A program made the translations under genes and the position numbers. Source: Thermoanaerobaculia bacterium (lineage in GTDB: Bacteria > Acidobacteriota > Thermoanaerobaculia > Multivoradales > Multivoraceae). From it: a stretch of 64,000 bases of DNA. The stretch lies in the NCBI GenBank assembly GCA_022822365.1, contig JAJEBV010000050.1, forward strand, positions 411 through 64,410, written 5' to 3'. Below the pieces are notes generated by a model that worked only from the letters and a program-made list of their open reading frames with translations, was not told where the DNA came from and did not search any database. Below are positions 26,535-35,675 of the stretch, piece after piece. Every line of letters begins with the position of its first letter. Position 1 is the stretch's first letter.

Positions 26535-29293
26535 TGGGCGGGTCCGATCCCCAGTTCCCGCAGGCGCGCCTCGTCTTCCGCATACTCGCGCTGGATCGCC
26601 TCCAGCTCGGCGTCGATCGCCTGCTTCGACCACCACCTGTCGCGGAACATCAGGCCGCGAATCCTACGCGCGTTGGCGATGTCGTCGAGCGGGTTCGCGT
26701 CGAGGAGCAGCACGTCGCCGCGCGCGCCCACGGCAAGCACGCCGAACTCGCCTTCCCGGTTCATGTAGCGGGCGGCCTCCGAGGTCGCGGCCTCGAGCGT
26801 CTGGTACGGCGTGAGACCCGCCTCGACGAACAGGCCCATCTCCCGGTGGACGGTGTAGCCGGCGGCCGACACGTCGGTGCCGATGAGAAGGGGCGCCCCC
26901 GCGTCGTGGAGCGCCTTGACCAGGCCGAGCCGCGCGGAGCGCGTCCCGGTGATCCCAGCCCGCTCGCGCGGTCCGTAGAGGTTGTAGAGCCACGCGATGC
27001 CGCCGGGCGTCGTCGGGTGCTCGTACTTGCCGATCTCGCCCGCGTCGCGTTCCGGCCGGTCGAACTCGGTCACCGTGCTGTCCCACAGCGCGAGGGTCGG
27101 CACGTTCCAGACCTCGTACCTCGCGGTCAGCGCCGCCAGCTCGGCCACCTTGTCCGGCGAGCACCACGCCCAGCCCTGGTAGATGTCCCGCGGAACCGGT
27201 TTCATCCTCACGTGCGGCGCCGCGCAGGCGACGTCGTAGCCGGTCAGGTGCTCGATAGAGCGCAATCCCCGCTCCAGCGCGTGTTCCAGCGGCACCCGGA
27301 TCGGCACGTGGGCAGCGACCGTCAGGCCCACTTCCGCGGCGGCGGTCATCACCGCGTCGAACACCTCCGGGCTGAGCGCGGTGTAGACCTTGGCCAGGTC
27401 GTACCCCTCCGCCGCGCTCCGGCGAATGAACTCCGCTGCTTCCCCGGGCTCCGTGAACGTCCGCGGCACCGGGAAGAGCGGCGGGTCGCCGTCCATCAGC
27501 GGCGACGAGACGAAGATCCGCGGCCCGAACAGCTCGTCGCGTTCGATCGCGTCGCGCATCTCCAGGATCAGGCGGCCGCCGGACGGATCTCTCGTCGTGG
27601 CGACGCCGAACATGACGTACTGCCTCAGGTTCTGGTCGCGCATCCGGATCCGCGAGGCATCCGTGCCGTCCCAGGCGAAGCCGCCGAAGTGGTTGTGCAT
27701 GTCGGCGAGCGCCGGTATGACGAACCTGCCGGCGCCGTCGATGACCTGGGCGCCGGCGGGCGTGCAGCCGGGACTGCTGGGGCAGATGTCGGCGATCCGC
27801 TCGTCGCGGATGACCAGGGTGTGGTCCTCGAGGACGGAAGGCGTACGCGAGGTCATCGGGATGAGGGTCGCGTGCTCGATGGCGGTCGCGGCGGTCGCGG
27901 CAGTCGTCGGGGCGGCGGTGAGCCGCACGAGCGCGCCGGGGTTGTTGAGCAGCAGGTAGAGCGCGCCGTCCGGGCCGGTCTTGATGTCGCGGATGCGGCC
28001 GTGGCCCTTGAACAGGAGTTCCTGGCGGGTGACGCGGCCGCCGTCGATCTCCAGGCGGCGGAGTTCCTCGAAGGAGAGCGACCCGACCAGCAGGTCGCCC
28101 CGCCAGCGCTCGAAGCCGGGGCTCGACACGAACTCGATCGGGCCGACGGCGAGCCCCGGTGTCCACTCGACGACGGGCGGCACGATGCCGTCGGCGTGCG
28201 TCCGGTCGCTGATCACCGAGCCGTCGTAGTTGACGCCGAACGTGACGACCGGCCAACCGTAGTTCCCGCCCGGAGCGAGGAGGTTCAGCTCGTCGCCGCC
28301 ACGCGGGCCGTGCTCGGCGGCCCAGATCGCGCCGGTCTCCGGGTGCTGGGCCATGCCCTGGACGTTCCGGTTGCCGAGGGTGAACACCGCGCCGAGCGCT
28401 CCGTCCTCGCCGGCGAAGGGGTTGTCCTCCGGGATGCCGCCGTCCGGGCGGATGCGGAAGACCTTGCCCGAGGGCATGGCGGCGTCCTGCGAGTTCATCG
28501 CCGCGCTCATGTCGCCGATCGAGAAGTACAGGAGGCCTTCGCGGTCGAAGAGCAGGCGGCCGCCCCAGTGCTTGCTGTCGGGCAGGTGGTACTCCGGACC
28601 GAGCCGGAACAGGTACTCCGTGTCCAGCCAGCGGTTGCCGTCGACGCGGCCGCGGATGATCCGCGTCAGCCCCGGGGCGTAGCGGTCGTTCGGGTCTTCC
28701 GAGTGGCTGATCGCCGCGTAGACCCATCCGTTCTCCGCGTACTCCGGGTCGAGCGCGATGTCCATCAGCCCGCCGGTCGAGGTTGCAAGGTCGACCGGCG
28801 GCAGTCCGGTGATCCGATCCGGGTCGACCCTGCCATCCCGGTACCGCAGCAGGTAGCCCGCGTCCTCCGAGATCAGCCCCTCCGCCGGCCCGGTGAACTC
28901 GATGCCCCAGGGGTTCTCCAGTTCGTCGGTGGCCAGGTACTCGACCCGCAGGGTGTAGTGCTCCGTCTCCACCGTGGACGGCAGCGGCCTGGCGATCCAG
29001 GTCGGCTCCGTCTGCCGGCTGTAGATCAGCTCGACCAGGGCCGACATTTCCTCGTCCGAGAGCTCGCCGAGGTAGCCCGGCATGTCCGTGCCCGGGATGC
29101 CATGCCGGATGTTGCTCTCGACCGAGAAACCGTCCCGGCCGAAGCGCCAGTCCGACTTGATCAGCGGCTCCGCGAGTCCGCCCTCGAGCGCCTGCCCGTG
29201 GCAGCCGCCGCAGTGGAGGCGGTAGAGGGCACGCGCGTCCGGTTCGGCCGCCGCGACGGGGGCGGCAAGGAACAGAAGCAGGACGCTTCCCAC
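26531..29293 (-). CDS. tri-domain fusion: c-type cytochrome + SGDH-like (soluble PQQ glucose/sorbosone dehydrogenase) beta-propeller + metal-dependent amidohydrolase
   Basis: One continuous frame holds 'CGGCHG' (CxxCH heme site), then SGDH-like blades ('NPWGIEF', 'GGLMDIALDPEY', 'GNYGWP'), an Ala/Thr linker 'TAAPTTAATAATA', and an amidohydrolase 'ALADMHNHFGG...' domain. Start set at GTG 29293 (signal 'GSVLLLFLAAPVAAA'). It may instead start within the upstream repeat. Confidence 0.55.
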   Translation of the reverse strand: MGSVLLLFLAAPVAAAEPDARALYRLHCGGCHGQALEGGLAEPLIKSDWRFGRDGFSVESNIRHGIPGTDMPGYLGELSDEEMSALVELIYSRQTEPTWIARPLPSTVETEHYTLRVEYLATDELENPWGIEFTGPAEGLISEDAGYLLRYRDGRVDPDRITGLPPVDLATSTGGLMDIALDPEYAENGWVYAAISHSEDPNDRYAPGLTRIIRGRVDGNRWLDTEYLFRLGPEYHLPDSKHWGGRLLFDREGLLYFSIGDMSAAMNSQDAAMPSGKVFRIRPDGGIPEDNPFAGEDGALGAVFTLGNRNVQGMAQHPETGAIWAAEHGPRGGDELNLLAPGGNYGWPVVTFGVNYDGSVISDRTHADGIVPPVVEWTPGLAVGPIEFVSSPGFERWRGDLLVGSLSFEELRRLEIDGGRVTRQELLFKGHGRIRDIKTGPDGALYLLLNNPGALVRLTAAPTTAATAATAIEHATLIPMTSRTPSVLEDHTLVIRDERIADICPSSPGCTPAGAQVIDGAGRFVIPALADMHNHFGGFAWDGTDASRIRMRDQNLRQYVMFGVATTRDPSGGRLILEMRDAIERDELFGPRIFVSSPLMDGDPPLFPVPRTFTEPGEAAEFIRRSAAEGYDLAKVYTALSPEVFDAVMTAAAEVGLTVAAHVPIRVPLEHALERGLRSIEHLTGYDVACAAPHVRMKPVPRDIYQGWAWCSPDKVAELAALTARYEVWNVPTLALWDSTVTEFDRPERDAGEIGKYEHPTTPGGIAWLYNLYGPRERAGITGTRSARLGLVKALHDAGAPLLIGTDVSAAGYTVHREMGLFVEAGLTPYQTLEAATSEAARYMNREGEFGVLAVGARGDVLLLDANPLDDIANARRIRGLMFRDRWWSKQAIDAELEAIQREYAEDEARLRELGIGPAQ

Positions 29294-29441
29294 TGGGTGC
29301 GCGGGTCTTCTGACCCGCTTCCGCCGGAGGCGGACCAAGCGCCGGCCGAAGGCCGACAGTCTCCCCGGCCTGCGCCGCACCGCGGCGCCTGGACCGGGGG
29401 GCGGGTCATAAGACCCGCGCACCCAGCGTCTGCCGCCGGCG
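29289..29441. repeat. REP/MITE-like full element (R-arm ... spacer ... degenerate F-arm)
   Basis: 'CCCACTGGGTGCGCGGGTCTTCTGACCCGC...GGCGGGTCATAAGACCCGCGCACCCAGCG'. It fills the gap between the amidohydrolase stop (29448) and the cyt-c fusion gene. Confidence 0.8.
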
Positions 29442-29447
29442 TTGCTC

Positions 29448-31250
29448 CTAGTTGCCACCGGCGGTGTACACCCTCTCACCCGCGATGAACGTCATCTCCA
29501 CCTTCGTCCGGTGGACCGCCGTCGGCTCGACGTCGAACGGGTTCTGCGACGTGACGACGAGATCCGCCTCCTTGCCGACCTCGATCGTGCCGACCTTGTC
29601 GCCCTGGCCCATCAGGCGGGCGCCGTTCCAGGTCAGGATGCGCAGCGCGTCCTCCAGCGTCACCTGCTCCTGGAGGCCGAGGGTGTCCTCGCTGCCGCCG
29701 GGAACCTGGCGGGTCACCATCGTCTCGACGGCGAGCCACGGGTCGACCAGGGGCACGACCGGCCAGTCCGAGCCGGCCGCGACCAGGGCGCCGGTTTCGA
29801 GGGCGTCCCGGATCGGCACCCAGCGCTTCATCCGCTCGTCGCCGACCGCCTTGCGAATGTCGATCGCGGCCATCGGCGTGGGGAACCAGATGTAGGGCGA
29901 GAACTCCCACGCCATGCCGAGCTCGCGCGGCCTGGGAATGTCGGCCGGGTCGGCGAAGGTGCTGTGGGCGACGTCGTGCATCGGACCGCCGAAGCCGTTC
30001 CGTTCCCGGGCCGCCGCGACTGCGTCGATCGCGGCCCGCACCGCGCCGTCGCCGGCGGCGTGCATCTTCACATGCAGTCCCTGGCGGTCGAAGGCCGTCA
30101 CGGCATTGTTCAGCGCTTCCTGCGGAACCAGGAGCAGCCCGAGCTTCGGCCGCGGATCGTCCTCGCCGGTCGTGTCCTCGTAGGGCGCGAGCATCGACGC
30201 CGTGTGGCTCTCCGTCGGCACCCCGTCCAGCATGATCTTCACGCAGTCGACCTTCAGGCGTTCGCTCTCGTAGGTCGCCCGGATCGCTAGCTGGGACTCG
30301 GCGGCGTAGGCCTGGGCCGGGTCGTGCCCCCAGGCGACGCAGGCCCGCACCCGCTGCTTCAACGTGCCCTCGCGCGCCAGTCGGGCCAGCGCGCCGAGCT
30401 GCCAGGAGTTCGCGTAGGCCACCGTGAACGAGGTGATGCCGTGGGCCAGCATCTCGTCGGTCGCGATCTTCATGCCCTCCATCTTCCGCGCGTCCGAGGC
30501 GGGAGGGATCACGGACGCCACCATGGCGTTGGCCGTCTCGCGCAGCAGGCCGTTCGGCTTGCCGTCCGGGCCGCGCTCGATGATCCCGCCCTCCGGATCC
30601 GCCGTGTCGCGGTCGATGCCGGCGACTTCCAGGGCCTTCGTGTTGACCCAGACGCTGTGGTGGGACTCGTCGTAGAGGAACACCGGGTTGTCCGGCGCCA
30701 CCGCGTCGAGGAACTGCCTCGTCTGCTGGCCGGGCTCGAACACCGCCGCCACCCAGTTGCCGCCGTTGATCCACTCCCCCGGCTCGGCCCGGGAGGCGCA
30801 GTCGCCGACCGACTCCGCGATGATGTCCGGCGTCGCCCCCGGAGGCAGGCGGCAGGAGAACTCCTGCATGCCGGCGATCAGCGGATGGACGTGGACGTCG
30901 TGGAAGCCGGGGAAGACGGTCCGGCCCGCCAGGTCGATCACGTCGGTCGAGTCCGTGCGGAACGCGGCGACGGAGGCGCTGTCGCCGACCGCGACGATGA
31001 CGCCGTCGCGGACCGCGATCGACTCCGCCCAGCCGGCCGGCGTGTAGACCTGGCCGCCGTCGAGGATCGTGTCGGCCGGGTCGTTGCGCGACGGCGCCGG
31101 TTCGCCTGCCTGGAACTGGGCGAGGGCGGGTTGGGAGGCGATCGCAGCGAGGGTCAGGCTGAGGATGTGCGCGGCAAGACGGAGTCGGCCTGACGGCCGA
31201 CGCGCGTTTCCGGCCGCCTTCGGCGGCAGCGGGTCGGAAGACCCGCGCAC
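29448..31250 (-). CDS. amidohydrolase-3 family (YtcJ-like) exported metal-dependent hydrolase
   Basis: 'PGFHDVHVHP', 'VKMHAAGDGAV', 'GSDWPV' amidohydrolase signatures. The hydrophobic core 'LAAHILSLTLAAIASQPALAQ' has no downstream in-frame ATG or GTG. The only plausible start is GTG 31250-31248 inside the repeat arm, giving the leader '[24 protein letters not shown]'. Confidence 0.65.
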   Translation of the reverse strand: MRGSSDPLPPKAAGNARRPSGRLRLAAHILSLTLAAIASQPALAQFQAGEPAPSRNDPADTILDGGQVYTPAGWAESIAVRDGVIVAVGDSASVAAFRTDSTDVIDLAGRTVFPGFHDVHVHPLIAGMQEFSCRLPPGATPDIIAESVGDCASRAEPGEWINGGNWVAAVFEPGQQTRQFLDAVAPDNPVFLYDESHHSVWVNTKALEVAGIDRDTADPEGGIIERGPDGKPNGLLRETANAMVASVIPPASDARKMEGMKIATDEMLAHGITSFTVAYANSWQLGALARLAREGTLKQRVRACVAWGHDPAQAYAAESQLAIRATYESERLKVDCVKIMLDGVPTESHTASMLAPYEDTTGEDDPRPKLGLLLVPQEALNNAVTAFDRQGLHVKMHAAGDGAVRAAIDAVAAARERNGFGGPMHDVAHSTFADPADIPRPRELGMAWEFSPYIWFPTPMAAIDIRKAVGDERMKRWVPIRDALETGALVAAGSDWPVVPLVDPWLAVETMVTRQVPGGSEDTLGLQEQVTLEDALRILTWNGARLMGQGDKVGTIEVGKEADLVVTSQNPFDVEPTAVHRTKVEMTFIAGERVYTAGGN

Positions 31251-31450
31251 CCGGAGCACGCGCTTGGCCGGAAGGAGAGTGTCTGCTGTAAGCGCATCGA
31301 TCGCAGTGACGCCATGACGGTTGCAGAACAGAAGCGGGCTCCCGGCGAGATGGCTCTCTGGGTGCGCGGGTCTTCTGACCCGCCTCCGGGCGGAGCCGCG
31401 AAGCGGCGCAGCCCGGACAACAGGGCCGCCGGCCGAAGGTCGGCGACGAT
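31181..31450. repeat. composite REP/MITE-like repeat (F-arm + about 95-bp spacer-2 + R-arm)
   Basis: F-arm 'GGCGGCAGCGGGTCGGAAGACCCGCGCACCCGGAG' at about 31221-31255 and R-arm 'CTCTGGGTGCGCGGGTCTTCTGACCCGCC' at about 31355-31383. The spacer ('...agtgacgccatgacggttgcagaacagaagcgggc...') is homologous to the spacer of the composites at 47.1 kb and 50.4 kb. Confidence 0.8.
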
Positions 31451-31467
31451 TCTCGCGGCGAGGACTC

Positions 31468-33165
31468 CTACTTCTCATGGACGATCTCTCCTGCGTAGAG
31501 GGTCAACTCGACGGTCGTGTCGCTGACGTCCTCGACCGGCACCTCGAAGAGGTTGCGGTCGAGGACGATCAGGTCGGCGGACTTGCCGGCGGCGATCGTT
31601 CCGGCTCGCGACTCGACGCCCAGCAGGCGTGCACCGGCCAGCGTGTAGAGCTCGATCGCTTCTTCCAGGGTCACGGCCTGCTCCGGCGCCAGGGTGCCGG
31701 GATACCCGCCCCAGGGGTCGGCGCGGGTGACCAGCGCCTCCATGCCGGGCCAGGGGTTCATGTCCGGGATGACGGCGGGCCAGTCCGAGCCGACGATGAC
31801 GTGGGCGCCGGCGTCGAGCAGTTCCCGCACCGGCCAGGAGCGGTCGGCGCGGTCACCGATGGCGGCGCGGATGGAGTCGGAGATCAACGACGGGTACCAG
31901 ATCGCCGGCGACATGTCGGCGATGGCGCCGAGCTCGGCGAAGCGCGGCACGTCTTCGACCGCAACGAAGCCGGTATGGGCGAGCTGGTGCATCAGCCCGG
32001 AGTCGCCGTTCTGCTCGCGCGCGAACTCGACCGCGTCGAGCGCGACCCGGACCGACCGGTCGCCCGCGGTGTGGATGTTCACCGTAACGCCGAGCGCGTC
32101 GAGCTGCTGCAGCCAGACGTTCAGCGCTTCCGGCGGCACCAGCAGTTCGCCGTTGTGGCTCGGGCCTCCCGGCACTTCCGGCTCGTAGTCGTCGAGCATC
32201 GCCGCCGTCCGCGCGATGGACGGCACGCCGTCCAGGAAGATCTTCACGTGGTCGACGTCCAGGTTGGCGGCCCGGTTCTCCTCGCGCAGACGCTCCAGGG
32301 CGTCGACGTCCAGGTCGAGCGTGCCGGCGACCAGCGGAATCGCGATCGAGGCGGCCATGTGGACGGTCAGCGCGCCCTCGTCGGCCAGCGCCTTGTAGGC
32401 GGCGACGCCCGTGCCCTCGTCGCCCGCTTCCTTGAGGCCGACGATGCCGAAGCCGTTCGCCGTCCGGATCGACTCGCGGGCGGCGCGCAGGAACTGCTCC
32501 GCCGTCTTCTCGGGGATCGCCTGGAACACCGGGTACATCGCCGCCTCGAGCAGCAGGCCGTTCGGCTCGCCGGTGTGCTCGTCCAGCACGACATCGCCGC
32601 CTTCGACGGCCGTGCTGGCGTCGATACCGGCAAGCTCGAGCGCCCTGCTGTTCACCCAGCGGTTGTGGCCCGTGTCGTCCGCGAGGCTGATCGCCACGCC
32701 GCCCGAGAGCCGGTCCAGCCACTCGCGCGGCGAGCCGATCTCGTGGTCGACGAAGAAGTTGCTCGTCCAGCGTCCGCCCTCGATCCAGGCCGCGTCCGGA
32801 TCGGCGGCGACGCAGGCGGAGAGCGTCTCCTCGATCTCCGTTGGTCCGGCGGTCGGCGGGAACAGGCACTGGAGCAGCACCTCCGTGCCTCCCAGCACCG
32901 GATGGACGTGGACGTCGTAGATGCCCGGCATCGCCATTCGGCCTTCGAGATCGCGGACTTCGGTGTCCGGGCCGCGGTGCTCGAGTGCGCCGGCGGTCGA
33001 GCCGACGAACGTGAACTCGCCGCCCGCGATCGCGACCGCTTCCGCCCAGGGCCGGGCGTCGTCGAGGGTGTAGACGCGGCCGTTGGTCAGGATCAGGTCG
33101 ACGTCGCCGTCGCCCGAGGGAGCGCAGGCGAGGGCCAGGGCGATCAGCAGCAGGAGCGGCCGCAC
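31468..33165 (-). CDS. amidohydrolase-3 family lipoprotein (paralog of 29448..31250)
   Basis: GTG start at 33165 gives 'MRPLLLLIALALACAPSG' (lipobox LALAC). 'IYDVHVHP', 'VNIHTAGD', 'GSDWPA' motifs. The start codon abuts the tail of the B-type repeat. Confidence 0.75.
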   Translation of the reverse strand: MRPLLLLIALALACAPSGDGDVDLILTNGRVYTLDDARPWAEAVAIAGGEFTFVGSTAGALEHRGPDTEVRDLEGRMAMPGIYDVHVHPVLGGTEVLLQCLFPPTAGPTEIEETLSACVAADPDAAWIEGGRWTSNFFVDHEIGSPREWLDRLSGGVAISLADDTGHNRWVNSRALELAGIDASTAVEGGDVVLDEHTGEPNGLLLEAAMYPVFQAIPEKTAEQFLRAARESIRTANGFGIVGLKEAGDEGTGVAAYKALADEGALTVHMAASIAIPLVAGTLDLDVDALERLREENRAANLDVDHVKIFLDGVPSIARTAAMLDDYEPEVPGGPSHNGELLVPPEALNVWLQQLDALGVTVNIHTAGDRSVRVALDAVEFAREQNGDSGLMHQLAHTGFVAVEDVPRFAELGAIADMSPAIWYPSLISDSIRAAIGDRADRSWPVRELLDAGAHVIVGSDWPAVIPDMNPWPGMEALVTRADPWGGYPGTLAPEQAVTLEEAIELYTLAGARLLGVESRAGTIAAGKSADLIVLDRNLFEVPVEDVSDTTVELTLYAGEIVHEK

Positions 33166-33272
33166 ACTGGGTGCGCCGGCACCCTCGCCGGCTCTCGGGC
33201 GACGCCGCGGAGCGGTGGCGACCGAGGTCAACTCGCGAGGCCGCAGGCCTCTCCTTCGCACCCAGTGGCGCC
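33163..33272. repeat. B-type REP-like element ('CACTGGGTGCGCCGGCACCCTCGCCGGC ... GCACCCAGTGGCGCC')
   Basis: Shares the 'CTGGGTGCGC' head. It lies between the TonB receptor stop (33272) and the amidohydrolase start. Confidence 0.7.
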
Positions 33273-35635
33273 TAGAACTTGTAACCGACGGAAACGCCAT
33301 AGGTCGCCGGCATGCCGTTCAGCCGGATCGTCGTGCTGTTGCTGGACGAGGTGGAGTGCCAGTACTCCTCGTCCGTCACGTTGCGGCCCCAGACCTCCAC
33401 ATCCCAGCGGCCGAGCACGTCGCCGAAGCCGATCCTCAGGTTCATGATCGTGTAGTCCGGGATGTAGAACAGGCTGAGAGCCGTCGGCGCCGCGCCGCTG
33501 CCCTCGTTGTCGTCCTTGTAGCTCACGTCCGCGGCCAGGTTCATGAAGTGGCTGCTGCCGACGGACCAGGTGTAGCTCAGCGTGCTCGCGATCTGCCACT
33601 CCGGCGCGTTGTCGAGCCGGTTGCCCGAGGCGTCGAAGGTCAGCACGTTGCCGAAGGAACTCGGCGCCGGGCAGCCCACCGGCAGCGACTCGGGCGGCGG
33701 CGGGAAGAACAGCCCGGCCGGGCAGTTGCCGATGAACTCGAGGATCTCGCTGTCGAGGTAGGCGATGCCCAGATCCCAGCGCAGGCCCGTCGCGAGGTAC
33801 CACGCGGACTCGATCTCGATGCCGAAGACCTCGGACTCCGGCACGTTGTTGATGCCGACGACGTCGCCGACGGGCGAGATGAAGTTGAACAGCTCCTGCT
33901 TGTCCGTGTAGTCGTACATGAACGCGGCGGCGTTGAGCTGCAGCGCGCTTCCCAGCAACGTCGACTTGAGGCCCAGTTCGTAGGAGGTCAGCTCCTCCTT
34001 GTCGTAGGGCTGCAACTGGGAGTGGGTCAGAGCGCCGGCGCCGTTGAAGCCGCCCGACTTGAAGCCGCTCGAGATCGTCCCGTAGAGGAGCACGTCGTCG
34101 TTCGGGCTGTAGTTCAGCGAGACCTTCGTCATCAGGTCGTCCGTGCTGATCGAGTCGTCGAACGCGGCGAACTGCCCGTAGCCGGGCGTGCCCGCGAGGT
34201 CGTTGAACACGCCGCAGTCGCCCGGCGCCAGCGGCGACGGGTTGAAGCCCAGCGGATTGAAGAAGAAGGGCGTGACGAAGAAGTTGTAGAAGCCGGCGAT
34301 CAGGCCGTCGCCCGTGTCGTAGGTGCAGCCGCGGAAGCTGCGTTCCTCTTCGGTGAAGCGCGCCCCGAGCGTAAGCTGGAACCGGTCGGCGAGCGGCACC
34401 TCGACGTGCCCGAAGGCCGCGAGCGAATCGCTCTCCTGCACGTAGCGGTTGTCGAAGTGGAGACCCTGGAACGCCGTGAAGTCCATCTCGTAGCTCTCCG
34501 TGATCTCGTCCTCGGAGTAGAAGACGCCGGCTGTCCAGTAGGTGCCGCCGTCCGTCGTCGACTCGAGCCGCAGCTCCTGCGAGAAGACGTCGATCTCCGA
34601 GTCGTTCGTGATGTCGGCGTCGGACTCCGGCACCGCCGACGTGTCGTACAGCGCATCCCGCTCGAACTTGTCGAAGGCGGTGATGCTGGTGATGCTGACG
34701 TTGCCCGCGTTGGCCGAGAGGGTGGCCGAGGCGCCCTGAATCACGGCGTCGTTCGTCGGCCGGTGGTGAGGCGTCCAGTCGGCGTCCTCGTTGCCGTAGT
34801 CCGCCGCCACCGGCACGCCGAAGATGCTGGTCGGCGTCCCCGCGATGTTGTCCGACCTGTTCTGGTAGCTGTGGACGTTGAGCCGCAGCACGGCGCTCTC
34901 GCTCAGGTCGAAATCGAAGAGGGCGCGGGCGCCCAGTTCGTCGCGCTCGCCGAGTTCGTCGCCGGGGCGGGTGATGCTCTTCTGCCAGCCCTCGCCGGAC
35001 TGGGTCGACCTGACCGCGACCCGCGCCCGGGCCCGCTCGCCCAGGGAGCCGCCCGCGAACGCCTCGAGGTCGACGGTCTCGTAGGTGCCGTAGCCCAGCT
35101 TGACGCCGGCCTCGGTCGCCGCCGTCGGCTGGTTCGTGATCATGTTGATCTGGCCCGCCGTCGTGTTCCGGCCGTAGAGGTCGCCCTGGGGACCCTTCAG
35201 CACCTCGATCCGGTCGATGTCGAACAGCGCGCCGCGGCTCATCACCGGATAGAGGATGGAGACGCCGTCGTTGTAGATGCCGACCGTGCTCGACGACGAG
35301 GTCGAGAAGTCGTTGAAGCCGACGCCGCGGATCGTGTAGACGGGCGCGCCCGAAGGCTGGGAGTTCGTGACGGTGAGCCCCGGCACCAGCTTCTCCAGTT
35401 CCTCCGCGTTGTCGACGCCGTAGTTCTCGAGCTGCTCGGCCGAGAAGGCGTTCACCGTGATGCCGACATCGTTGATGCCCTGCTCGCGCTTCTGGGCGGT
35501 GACGACGACCTCCTCGATCACGGTGCCGACCGGCGACTCCGCCCCGGCCTGCGCGTCTTCGGTCGCGGTGTCCTGGGCGCTCAGGCCCGCGGCGGCCAGC
35601 GCCACGAGCAAGGCTATGAACAGGATTCGTCTCAT
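33272..35635 (-). CDS. TonB-dependent outer-membrane receptor
   Basis: Signal 'MRRILFIALLVALAAAGLSAQ'. TonB box/plug 'EEVVVTAQKREQGINDVG'. C-terminal '...TYGVSVGYKF' barrel terminus. Confidence 0.85.
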   Translation of the reverse strand: MRRILFIALLVALAAAGLSAQDTATEDAQAGAESPVGTVIEEVVVTAQKREQGINDVGITVNAFSAEQLENYGVDNAEELEKLVPGLTVTNSQPSGAPVYTIRGVGFNDFSTSSSSTVGIYNDGVSILYPVMSRGALFDIDRIEVLKGPQGDLYGRNTTAGQINMITNQPTAATEAGVKLGYGTYETVDLEAFAGGSLGERARARVAVRSTQSGEGWQKSITRPGDELGERDELGARALFDFDLSESAVLRLNVHSYQNRSDNIAGTPTSIFGVPVAADYGNEDADWTPHHRPTNDAVIQGASATLSANAGNVSITSITAFDKFERDALYDTSAVPESDADITNDSEIDVFSQELRLESTTDGGTYWTAGVFYSEDEITESYEMDFTAFQGLHFDNRYVQESDSLAAFGHVEVPLADRFQLTLGARFTEEERSFRGCTYDTGDGLIAGFYNFFVTPFFFNPLGFNPSPLAPGDCGVFNDLAGTPGYGQFAAFDDSISTDDLMTKVSLNYSPNDDVLLYGTISSGFKSGGFNGAGALTHSQLQPYDKEELTSYELGLKSTLLGSALQLNAAAFMYDYTDKQELFNFISPVGDVVGINNVPESEVFGIEIESAWYLATGLRWDLGIAYLDSEILEFIGNCPAGLFFPPPPESLPVGCPAPSSFGNVLTFDASGNRLDNAPEWQIASTLSYTWSVGSSHFMNLAADVSYKDDNEGSGAAPTALSLFYIPDYTIMNLRIGFGDVLGRWDVEVWGRNVTDEEYWHSTSSSNSTTIRLNGMPATYGVSVGYKF

Positions 35636-35675
35636 CGTCTGTCTCCCTCTGGTATTGAGTCGTTGAGTTGCACGA

